Below are positions 16,009-22,931 of a DNA stretch of 22,931 nt, piece after piece. The notes under the pieces were generated by a model. It was given only the letters and a program-made list of their open reading frames with translations, was not told where the DNA came from and did no database searches. Source of the stretch: an uncultured Candidatus Bathyarchaeia archaeon (lineage in GTDB: Archaea; Thermoproteota; Bathyarchaeia; Bathyarchaeales; Bathycorpusculaceae); assembly GCA_964450845.1 (NCBI GenBank), contig CAYVGZ010000009.1, forward strand, positions 1-22,931, in the 5' to 3' direction. The position numbers were made by a program, and so were the translations under genes. Every line of letters starts with the position of its first letter. The first letter of the stretch is position 1.

Positions 16009-17304
16009 TCAAGATTTATCTCGATTCGTAATATAACTGTTTCCATTTCCTAAGTGGACGGTTTTATCCCAGTGGTGATGGTTTTTTCGAGAGACTTTTG
16101 ATATAAGCAAGTCCACAAAGGCTTTTGTGCATATAGGAACATTGTATAAGAAAGTGAAGATTAACAAAGGAATTAACCATTGCGCTCTAGTTCTGCCGTC
16201 TAGATATGCACCGATTCCTACTTCGAAAAATGGAGCAAAATTCCCCACACAGCTGTAGAGCGAAATCGGTACTAAAGCCAAAAACATGCCCAACCATTGC
16301 GGAGATTTTAAGAAAAATAGTAGAACGCTTATGATCCACGAAAGTAGGACTAGAATCGGTATAAAATACACGTTCAATAGGAATAACCCATCAACCTTTT
16401 CTCTAAACCTTAAATTGTCGCTTTCTAAAACTTTTAGCGAGTGTTTGAAAGCACACTGCATATGTCCCTTAGCCCATCTGTATCTCTGCTTCCAATAAGC
16501 CCGCCAGCTTTCAACTGCTTCCTCATAACATTCTGCCTCATTGACATAACGAATCTTGTAACCTGCAAGATATAGACGAAAAGTTATGTCCGTGTCCTCT
16601 GCTAATATAAATTCATCCCATCTGCCCAACGATTCTAATAAGTCACGTCTGAATCCTGCTACAGTTCCTCCAAGCTGTGTGATTAATCCCAAGGTATCTC
16701 GCGCTTGTTGGTCAACACGGTATCCGCCTATCCTTTCTAGTGTGACAAGTCTTGTTACAATGTTTTGCGGTTCATTTAGAACAGTGACTCTGCCCTGCAC
16801 CGCCCCAACTTTAGGGTCAGCGAACTCCTTTGTAAGTTTTTCCAGAATATCCCTTTGCGGGTAATAATCTGCGTCGAAGCATAAGATGATTTCACCTTTC
16901 GCATGCTCCAATCCAGCGTTTAAGGTTGAAGCTTTCCCGCGCCCTCCTTCTTTCTCACTTCGGTGTATAACTTTAATGTGACTATATGCCTTTGAGTACT
17001 GTTCCGCTATTTTCCCTGTGTCATCTGTTGAGGCGTCATCAATGACTATTATTTCCATTTTATCTTTCGGGTAAGTCAGTTCACTCATTCTTTGAAGTGT
17101 TCTTCCGATAACTTTTTCCTCATCGAGCGCTGGAATCAGAATGGACACTGTTGGTTGATAGGCTGCGTTTCCTGCAGTCACATCCTTTTCACGCTTTTGA
17201 GGGTTTTTGAGAACTATTAGAGTGAAGATGTAATGTCGGATAAGGTAGGCTATCATTAGAGTCGCTAAAATTAGGAAAAATATTTCCAAAATTTGAATTA
17301 TCAA
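16009..17304 (-). CDS. Membrane-embedded processive-type GT2 (cellulose synthase/PgaC/IcaA-like)
   Basis: N-terminal TM, DDAS, GKA..LN, FDAD, AEDTD and QRYRW (QxxRW), followed by three C-terminal TM segments. Confidence 0.9.
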   Translation of the reverse strand: MIIQILEIFFLILATLMIAYLIRHYIFTLIVLKNPQKREKDVTAGNAAYQPTVSILIPALDEEKVIGRTLQRMSELTYPKDKMEIIVIDDASTDDTGKIAEQYSKAYSHIKVIHRSEKEGGRGKASTLNAGLEHAKGEIILCFDADYYPQRDILEKLTKEFADPKVGAVQGRVTVLNEPQNIVTRLVTLERIGGYRVDQQARDTLGLITQLGGTVAGFRRDLLESLGRWDEFILAEDTDITFRLYLAGYKIRYVNEAECYEEAVESWRAYWKQRYRWAKGHMQCAFKHSLKVLESDNLRFREKVDGLFLLNVYFIPILVLLSWIISVLLFFLKSPQWLGMFLALVPISLYSCVGNFAPFFEVGIGAYLDGRTRAQWLIPLLIFTFLYNVPICTKAFVDLLISKVSRKNHHHWDKTVHLGNGNSYITNRDKS

Positions 17305-17307
17305 ACA

Positions 17308-17700
17308 TCAGCCGCCTGCTTTTTGTTTTTTAGAGTTAGTTAACGCTGTTAGGCTTAAGGACCAGAACGAAACAATCCACACGAGATTTACGAAGGGACT
17401 CAAAATTATATATAAACTGTTGAAGAACCCTCCAAGATAGTAAGCAACCGTACAGGCAAACAAGGAAAACAGGTAATTCCAAAATAAACCAACAACATTA
17501 CCAATTAACAGCATGGATATTTTCCTCGTTAATGTCCCATCTAACGGAAAAGTCAATGAAACAAATAGGAAATTAAAAATTATAAGCATATAAACTGATT
17601 CGTTGCTGACGAAGAAAGAAAATAAAAGCACGTAGGAAATGATCGCTACTATGAAAAATCCAAAAAGTAAATGATCAATCCTCCAACTATTTTCTTCCAT
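17308..17700 (-). CDS. Small multi-pass (~4 TM) membrane protein of unknown function
   Basis: 130 aa, almost entirely hydrophobic helices; stop lies 3 nt before the GT2 TTG start. Confidence 0.75.
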   Translation of the reverse strand: MEENSWRIDHLLFGFFIVAIISYVLLFSFFVSNESVYMLIIFNFLFVSLTFPLDGTLTRKISMLLIGNVVGLFWNYLFSLFACTVAYYLGGFFNSLYIILSPFVNLVWIVSFWSLSLTALTNSKKQKAGG

Positions 17701-17720
17701 TCTGAAACCTACTTTTACAC

Positions 17721-17736
17721 TAACTTCACGAAGTTA
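17721..17736. promoter_or_regulatory. Inverted repeat TAACTTC-AC-GAAGTTA upstream of the membrane protein/GT2 operon
   Basis: Perfect 7-bp arms, next to the minus-strand TATA-like TTTCTATAA (17738-17746). Confidence 0.4.
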
Positions 17737-17772
17737 ATTATAGAAAAACAATATAGAAGATATTTCTAGAAG

Positions 17773-17786
17773 AGTTTTAAAACTTT
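17773..17786. promoter_or_regulatory. Perfect 14-bp palindrome AAGTTTTAAAACTT
   Basis: Read directly; lies between the cmk stop and the GT2-operon promoter. Confidence 0.35.
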
Positions 17787-17804
17787 CGCACGAATCCGTT
17801 AATT

Positions 17805-18437
17805 CTATGTTTTATCGAAAAATTTGCTGTTATTGGAATTAATGACGACATTACTTATTACTTTACACAGAACTTGGAACACTTCTTCGCTGTTCAAATT
17901 GCCTGTGTCCAAAATTAATTTGAATGGTGTGAAATCTTCTCCTAGGCTGAAGCCGTAAAGTTTTTTGTAAATAGTCTTTGTCTGCTTCTCCTTGTTTCTC
18001 AACGCTTTTAAGGCCTCCTCAAAGCTTATTCCGTCTCTATTGGCTATTCTTTCTGCCCTTTTCTCTGGAGAAGCCTCCAACCACACCTTAAAGCCTTCTT
18101 TGAGAAGCCATGGCATAGTCCAGCTATCTAAGATTACATTTCCTTCCTTTGCCAATTCTAAAAATTTCCTATCAACTGCCTCGTCAAATTTCGGGTCTTT
18201 ACCTCTTCTTTCTAGAAAGCGCATTCCTTCCTTGCTTTCCCACCATCCACGTTCAAGGTGTTTGTAGTTTTTTTCTATGGCTAAGGCTTTTAATGCGTTT
18301 CCGCCAGAACAGTATTTGAGCCCATATTTTTCAGCAAGCTTTTTCGCTAAAGTGCTTTTTCCGCTTCCAGCCAGTCCACAGATGCAAATAACTACATGTT
18401 CTTTGATTTTCTTTTTTGCTTTTTTACCTTGAATCAT
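17805..18437 (-). CDS. cmk: Cytidylate kinase (archaeal type)
   Basis: P-loop GLAGSGKST, D..VD, ILDSW, KVWLEAS...RA.RI..RD; canonical position after eL34. Confidence 0.93.
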   Translation of the reverse strand: MIQGKKAKKKIKEHVVICICGLAGSGKSTLAKKLAEKYGLKYCSGGNALKALAIEKNYKHLERGWWESKEGMRFLERRGKDPKFDEAVDRKFLELAKEGNVILDSWTMPWLLKEGFKVWLEASPEKRAERIANRDGISFEEALKALRNKEKQTKTIYKKLYGFSLGEDFTPFKLILDTGNLNSEEVFQVLCKVISNVVINSNNSKFFDKT

Positions 18438-18460
18438 CGATTTGCCTCAAAATTTAATGT

Positions 18461-18730
18461 TTAAATGGTTCTTGCAGCATGCTTTAGAGCGTTTTTAAGA
18501 CAGTTGTGACATATGTTTCCGCCGTAGAGGCGCCAAATCCTTCTTTTACTTCGGTTAAGTTTGCGTATTTCCACAGGGGTGAGATGTGCTATCCCAGTTA
18601 AGGGTTGGCCGCAAACACCGCATGAAGGCGTTGATGCCATTTCTTTTTTGTAGTAGATTCGGTTTCTGCCGCCTGGCGATTGTTTTTTCAGGCGTTTTTT
18701 GCTTCTGGTTCGTAAATGTGGTTGTGGCAT
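18461..18730 (-). CDS. rpl34e: 50S ribosomal protein L34e
   Basis: MPQPHLRTRS...PGGR...Y, CGVCG, YGGNICHNC. The true start is ATG18730; the ORF-track extension overlaps DUF106. Confidence 0.9.
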   Translation of the reverse strand: MPQPHLRTRSKKRLKKQSPGGRNRIYYKKEMASTPSCGVCGQPLTGIAHLTPVEIRKLNRSKRRIWRLYGGNICHNCLKNALKHAARTI

Positions 18731-18741
18731 TGTTTCGCTTC

Positions 18742-19221
18742 CTATTCTATTGGCATGATGCCTAGTACACGGGATGAAAGTGTTCCAAAGAGAAAAGAAC
18801 AGATGAAATACCACAAAAATACGGTTATTCCTCCAATGCCTGGAATATATGCCACAATATTGTCTCCATATATGGGCATCAGTATAAGCCACCAAACGAA
18901 GATGTAGCTGAAGGAAAGCCCAAACAAGACTAGCTGAGGTTTAGCCATTTTTTTCTGCATATTAAGGATTTGCGACTCCTTCTTTTTCAATTTTTCAACG
19001 AGTTTCTTATCATTCTTGCGCATTGCTTGAGTCATCTGGGCACGATATTCTGAAGTTTCTTTCTGCATTGTTCTATATTGTTCCCAGCCGACAAATCGGC
19101 TTATTAGAAGGCGGTTAATTGAGGAGTTTAGAAATGAAATAGTTATGCAAATTAACATTATTACAAAGGTGGCTACCGGTGCGGTGTCCGGCGTCAAGGA
19201 GAACAATCCAATGAAGTTCAT
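18742..19221 (-). CDS. DUF106 / EMC3-TMCO1 (Oxa1 superfamily) membrane insertase
   Basis: TM-coiled coil-TM topology, Q...M...Q.KP-like motif and WY..CS; SD GGAGAGGGAG; canonical position downstream of secY. Confidence 0.9.
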   Translation of the reverse strand: MNFIGLFSLTPDTAPVATFVIMLICITISFLNSSINRLLISRFVGWEQYRTMQKETSEYRAQMTQAMRKNDKKLVEKLKKKESQILNMQKKMAKPQLVLFGLSFSYIFVWWLILMPIYGDNIVAYIPGIGGITVFLWYFICSFLFGTLSSRVLGIMPIE

Positions 19222-19368
19222 TATCGCTCCCTCTCCATCATTTTAGGATTTCTTAGCCTTTCTTCTTCCTTTTGGCATTAATAACTATTTTCGTTGTTGT
19301 GCTTGTCAAAACTGCGAATTATTCAGTCGTAGCCTTGAAAACAGCAATCATTCTTTGAACGTCCAGCC

Positions 19369-19374
19369 AAAAAA
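19369..19374 (-). terminator. Putative oligo-T terminator after secY
   Basis: CTCTCTTTTTT on the minus strand about 40 nt after the secY stop. Confidence 0.35.
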
Positions 19375-19414
19375 GAGAGCGCTTCTGATTTTAGCGGCGC
19401 ACCCGTGGTTTTCA

Positions 19415-20836
19415 CTAGCCTCCGAATATTCGCCTAAAGGCTGGATACATTTCGGCTGCTCTTTCTTGCATTAATAGTTCATAATACTGATAAATTATTC
19501 CCACAGAAAGCAGAATACCCATTCCTGAACCAAAGACTCCGAAGAAATCTGAAACGCCTGCAACCAGCGCTACAATTATTGCACCAAGAACTGTGACAGT
19601 GGGAATATAACGTTTGAGAATCGATTCAACAGCTTTTCCAGATCGTCTATATCCAGGAATCTGCATGCCAGCGCCAACAAGCTGTTTAGCTATAGTTGAC
19701 GGTCCTAAGCCGCCAACCTCGAGCCAAGTAAGCGAAAAAATAATACAAAAAACACTAAGAATTCCAATGTAACCAAAAGCTCTATCTGGACGCGCCACGA
19801 CATCGGCGAGGCTGTGCGGTGAGGTTACATAGTACACGAGCCCTCCGACGGCTTCAGCTGTCTGTTCTGTGCTTCCTTCAGGAGTTATCCATTTATACTG
19901 TCCCAGAAGGTCAAGCCAGAAGTTTTGTCCAGGGGGAGGTTGTCCGTTCATATTCCAGAAGATTTGTGAGAACAAATATACATTAGCGAAGAGAGCGGAC
20001 GCAAAAATTACTGGAAGGTTAGATACATATAAGAGCTTTATAGGGTATCTGCTACGAAAACCTTTGTAACCAGCGTAGGATAATGGCAACTCTACTCTTA
20101 CTCCTTCCATATAGATTATGATTAGAAAAGCAACAATTGTAGCTATGAATCCCAATAAAGATGGATATGAACCTCCTCCAAATACCCACCAGTTTATCGA
20201 CTCGCTCCCAGTAAAAACTAATGTGAGAGCTCCGACGAATAAACCGGTTCCTGGGGAGAAGCATTGCCAGAGAATCTGCTGTGCAACGCCAGCCATGATG
20301 AAGAGGCTTATGCCGCTGCCGAATCCCCAACCCTTTTGAACAAGCTCATCCAATAGCATAATAATAACTCCGGCTGCCAAAAGCTGCATGAAAATAAGTA
20401 TTCTAGTTGTGCCTGACAAGTCACCGTACATTCCGCCGATTATGTAGGCTGATGCTTGAACACCAGTCAGAATTATTGAAAAGACTTTGCTTGCTGTTGT
20501 AAATAAGCCTCTGTCCTCAGGCTTTGACATGTCACACTCTATCATGGCGGAACCAACCAACAGCTGCAGTACTATTCCCGCCGTAACTATTGGACCTATC
20601 CCAAGCTCCGTTAACTTGCCCCTGCTAGAAGCAAAAATTATTGAAAGGGGAGCAAGTTGCTGGATTTGTGTAGTCGGTATACCTACAAGCCAAATCTCAG
20701 ACATTACCAAATAGACGATTAGCACAAGTGCTGTCCAAAAGATTTTCTCGTTAAAGCTGACTCGGCGTTCTGGGGCCTTAATTTCAGGAATACCCCTTGC
20801 AATGGGTCTGAACAGGCTTAAAAATCTACCAGCCAT
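19415..20836 (-). CDS. secY: Preprotein translocase subunit SecY (Sec61alpha)
   Basis: ELGIGPIVTA, GSGISLFI, YPIKLLYVSNLPVIF, IPGYR and GILL.VGI motifs. Confidence 0.98.
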   Translation of the reverse strand: MAGRFLSLFRPIARGIPEIKAPERRVSFNEKIFWTALVLIVYLVMSEIWLVGIPTTQIQQLAPLSIIFASSRGKLTELGIGPIVTAGIVLQLLVGSAMIECDMSKPEDRGLFTTASKVFSIILTGVQASAYIIGGMYGDLSGTTRILIFMQLLAAGVIIMLLDELVQKGWGFGSGISLFIMAGVAQQILWQCFSPGTGLFVGALTLVFTGSESINWWVFGGGSYPSLLGFIATIVAFLIIIYMEGVRVELPLSYAGYKGFRSRYPIKLLYVSNLPVIFASALFANVYLFSQIFWNMNGQPPPGQNFWLDLLGQYKWITPEGSTEQTAEAVGGLVYYVTSPHSLADVVARPDRAFGYIGILSVFCIIFSLTWLEVGGLGPSTIAKQLVGAGMQIPGYRRSGKAVESILKRYIPTVTVLGAIIVALVAGVSDFFGVFGSGMGILLSVGIIYQYYELLMQERAAEMYPAFRRIFGG

Positions 20837-20846
20837 AGGTTAACAT

Positions 20847-21284
20847 CTACGCTCCATGTTTTTGAACTTCCGTCAATATTTGTCCGCCAGCTTCTCTTAT
20901 TTTTTCGGCAGCCGAATTCGAGCATGATGGCACTTTAACGATCAGCGGCTTTGTGACTTTTCCAGTACCAAGAAGCTTAGTGTAACCGAGGCTTTCTAAG
21001 TTTATGAATTTTCCTTCTTCCTTCTCTACCCAAAATTTCTGAGCTATTTCGTCAAGTTTCCCGACGTTTATGACATTTACTTTTTGCCTAAGACTTTTAG
21101 GTGAAGTGAATCCTTTCTTGCCGAAATAATCTGGTTCGTATCTTAAAACGTAGCTCCATCCACCTTTGTGTCGTCCAGCCTTTCGGTATCCTTTAGATCC
21201 GGTGCCTCTATGTTGACCTACTCTGCCGTAGCCATGAGTTCTTGAACCGCGTTTCTTTCTGACTTTTCTGAGTCTATGTGGCAT
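20847..21284 (-). CDS. rpl15: 50S ribosomal protein uL15
   Basis: RKKRGSRTHGYG...HRG, GKKGF, INVGKL, KLLGTG, A.EKI.EAGG. Confidence 0.97.
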   Translation of the reverse strand: MPHRLRKVRKKRGSRTHGYGRVGQHRGTGSKGYRKAGRHKGGWSYVLRYEPDYFGKKGFTSPKSLRQKVNVINVGKLDEIAQKFWVEKEEGKFINLESLGYTKLLGTGKVTKPLIVKVPSCSNSAAEKIREAGGQILTEVQKHGA

Positions 21285-21747
21285 TTTCTAACCCAGCCAT
21301 TTTGCCTACGGCTTTTTCTTCGACACCTTTTTTTAACCTAATTTCAAGTACACCATTCTTATATGCTGTACGTATGCTGTTTGGAATCACTCCCGTAGGA
21401 AGATTTAAACTTTTATGGTATTTTCGATTCAAAGCCCTAGCGGTCAAAGTTAAACGTTGATTTCTTACGTGGACTCTTAGGTTTTCCCTGTTGAACCCTA
21501 CAAATTCAGCAACAATTATTACTTCGTCCTTTTCTTCGAGAACATCCACTAGGGGTTCCGGCTCCGTCCACTTTCTTTCTCTATAAATTTTCTGAACTTT
21601 ATATAGGTATGGATGTGGGTGTCTTTTAACTCTGGAATTTTTGATTCGGAATGTTTGAGAAGCTTTTTTATTCTCAACTCTTTTCAAGGCTTTAAAAATG
21701 TTGAGCCTTTTGGGATGTTTTTTGCTTCTTCGCCACTTCGCACTCAA
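21274..21747 (-). CDS. Hsp20/alpha-crystallin-domain protein with very basic N-terminal arm
   Basis: EPLVDV.E...V.IVAE..G...E.L.V...Y.K...LP......YKNGVLEI.L.K. TTG21747 follows SD GAGGAGG. The stop overlaps the uL15 start by 11 nt. Confidence 0.85.
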   Translation of the reverse strand: MSAKWRRSKKHPKRLNIFKALKRVENKKASQTFRIKNSRVKRHPHPYLYKVQKIYRERKWTEPEPLVDVLEEKDEVIIVAEFVGFNRENLRVHVRNQRLTLTARALNRKYHKSLNLPTGVIPNSIRTAYKNGVLEIRLKKGVEEKAVGKMAGLENAT

Positions 21748-21787
21748 TGTTTCCTCCTCCTCGGATACAATGGCATTCCAAAAGTAG

Positions 21788-21794
21788 TTATAAA
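21788..21794 (-). promoter_or_regulatory. Putative internal TATA box upstream of the Hsp20-fold gene
   Basis: TTTATAA in the 80-nt uL30-hsp20 gap, preceded by the T-rich TTTATTTT just after the uL30 stop. Confidence 0.45.
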
Positions 21795-21827
21795 GCATAT
21801 CGCAAACAAGCATGTTAAAATAAAGGC

Positions 21828-22313
21828 TTAGATCATTCGTTTTATCAGTTCGCTGATTTTTTCTCCTCGGTATCCTAACTCGCCGCCCGCGCCATAGCCC
21901 CTTTTTATTTTTCCTTTGAAACCCTTGCTTGGTGGGTGCAACTTAAAAACTGGCTGCACGCTTGGTAGCTTGCGATATTCAACGCTGCAGTTAAAAATTG
22001 CTTCTGCAAGTTCATCTAGCGATTTAAAGTTGGCAGTCTGCGCATATTCTTCTGTTAACTTCTTGTTTCCAACAAGTTTTCCTTTCTTTCTTATTAGTAT
22101 ATCCACAATTTCTTTTGATGCTTCACCCCACGTAATGAAATTCTGTGCTGTTTTCAACATTCCAAGGAATGATGGATGATTGTCGATTAACACAGCATAA
22201 TTATTTCTTGTTAAGTGAAGCATTTGCAGGGTTTCTCTAACATCCCGCGAGGCCCTAACTGTTCCACGAACTCTTACAGCACAAATGCATTTGCGTTCCT
22301 TAGTTTCAGCCAC
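21828..22313 (-). CDS. rpl30: 50S ribosomal protein uL30 (long archaeal form)
   Basis: AVRVRG, TL.MLHL, GML..A..FITWGE, FKLHPP.KGF, GGELGYRGE.I.ELI.RMI; GTG start directly follows the uS5 stop. Confidence 0.97.
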   Translation of the reverse strand: MAETKERKCICAVRVRGTVRASRDVRETLQMLHLTRNNYAVLIDNHPSFLGMLKTAQNFITWGEASKEIVDILIRKKGKLVGNKKLTEEYAQTANFKSLDELAEAIFNCSVEYRKLPSVQPVFKLHPPSKGFKGKIKRGYGAGGELGYRGEKISELIKRMI

Positions 22314-22931
22314 TTATTTCACCCAATCTACTGGAGTTATGAGGCTGTAAGTTTTCTTTAACGCGTCGAAAATGGCATATGCAAAGGAGGGAACAGTTCT
22401 TGTTGAACCATAACTTCTGGTCCAGCAGTCTTTTATGCCAGCAAGGCCTAGAATTACTTTGGCAACTTCGCTTGCGACCAGACCTAAGCCTCGTGGTCCA
22501 GGAACGATAATTATTTTTACGCTGCCACATTTTCCTTCAACTTGAAATGGTACTGAATGGGGGTTTCCACAGCCGCACTCCCAACTTCCACATCCCCGTC
22601 TTACCGGAACAATTTTCAAGCGGGCGTCTACTGCAGCTTTTTCTATGGCTGTTCGCACCTGGCTTGCCTTTCCAGCACCCAAGCCTATGTAGCCGTCTCT
22701 GTTTCCAACGGCAACTATTGCCTTAAACCTTGATTTTTCGCCCGCGTCTGTCTGTTTTTGAACTAGGTTTATGTTTATGACTTCTTCCTGTAAGTCTGGA
22801 AGTAGCGCATCCACAATTTGTGGTTCGCGTAATTGTAAGCCTCCCATAAAAACTTCTTCAATAGACGTAATTCTGCCTTCTTGAATCATTTTTCCTAGCT
22901 GGGTTCTAGGAACCCACTGCTCTAAACTTTC
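22314..22931 (-). CDS. rps5: 30S ribosomal protein uS5 (5' partial, runs off window)
   Basis: WVPRTQLGK is open to the window edge; QKQTDAGEKSRF, RGCGSWEC, PGPRGLGL. Confidence 0.97.
   Translation of the reverse strand, partial: ESLEQWVPRTQLGKMIQEGRITSIEEVFMGGLQLREPQIVDALLPDLQEEVININLVQKQTDAGEKSRFKAIVAVGNRDGYIGLGAGKASQVRTAIEKAAVDARLKIVPVRRGCGSWECGCGNPHSVPFQVEGKCGSVKIIIVPGPRGLGLVASEVAKVILGLAGIKDCWTRSYGSTRTVPSFAYAIFDALKKTYSLITPVDWVK

Noticed and set aside
17306-17308. ATG overlapping the upstream stop (TGATG), one base out of frame with the GT2
   Set aside because: It could hint at a frameshift, but an in-frame TTG 3 nt after the stop explains the gene without one.
18731-18895. 55-aa N-terminal extension of eL34 in the track
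   Set aside because: An off-frame overlap with the DUF106 coding sequence.
19243-19278. Basic micro-ORF MPKGRRKAKKS between secY and DUF106
   Set aside because: Only 11 aa, no SD, its ATG overlaps the probable TATA box, and it does not resemble eL41 or an adk fragment.
21748-21813. 22-aa N-terminal extension of the Hsp20-fold ORF
   Set aside because: It covers the TATA box and SD; the EEEE run is the translated SD GAGGAGGAGG.
1-22931. Remaining antisense or nested track ORFs; CRISPR arrays, IS elements, integrase, rRNA
   Set aside because: The nested ORFs are shadows of well-supported genes. I saw no repeat-spacer periodicity, transposase or recombinase motifs, or rRNA-like sequence.

Overview
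AT-rich archaeal chromosomal window. Gene content, the long uL30, eL34, a Sec61-like SecY loop and frequent TTG/GTG starts fit a TACK-group archaeon, probably Bathyarchaeia (inference). In order: (1) a copper/redox locus with a P1B-1 Cu-ATPase carrying an N-terminal YHS domain, a stand-alone HMA protein and, convergently, flavodoxin, ferritin-like and 48-aa YHS genes (the last missed by the ORF track); (2) a ~2.3-kb islet between tRNA-Cys(GCA) and a degenerate direct copy of its 3' end, holding a sequon-rich surface protein and an unannotated Cys-rich microprotein; (3) ThiF/MoeB E1-like enzyme, ATP-dependent DNA ligase and a TPR protein; (4) a candidate cofactor-salvage module of amidohydrolase, a threonine-synthase-fold protein lacking the PLP lysine and fused to a PadR-like wHTH, a 26-bp palindrome, an enlarged ECF S component and a PurM-fold enzyme; (5) a glycan locus with two GT2s, a radical SAM enzyme and two small membrane proteins; (6) the distal spc-type ribosomal operon (uS5-uL30-uL15-secY-DUF106-eL34-cmk), with a basic Hsp20-fold gene inserted between uL30 and uL15 and with adk and eL14 absent from their usual positions. 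No CRISPR array, transposase or integrase was seen. All family calls come from motif recognition, not database searches.
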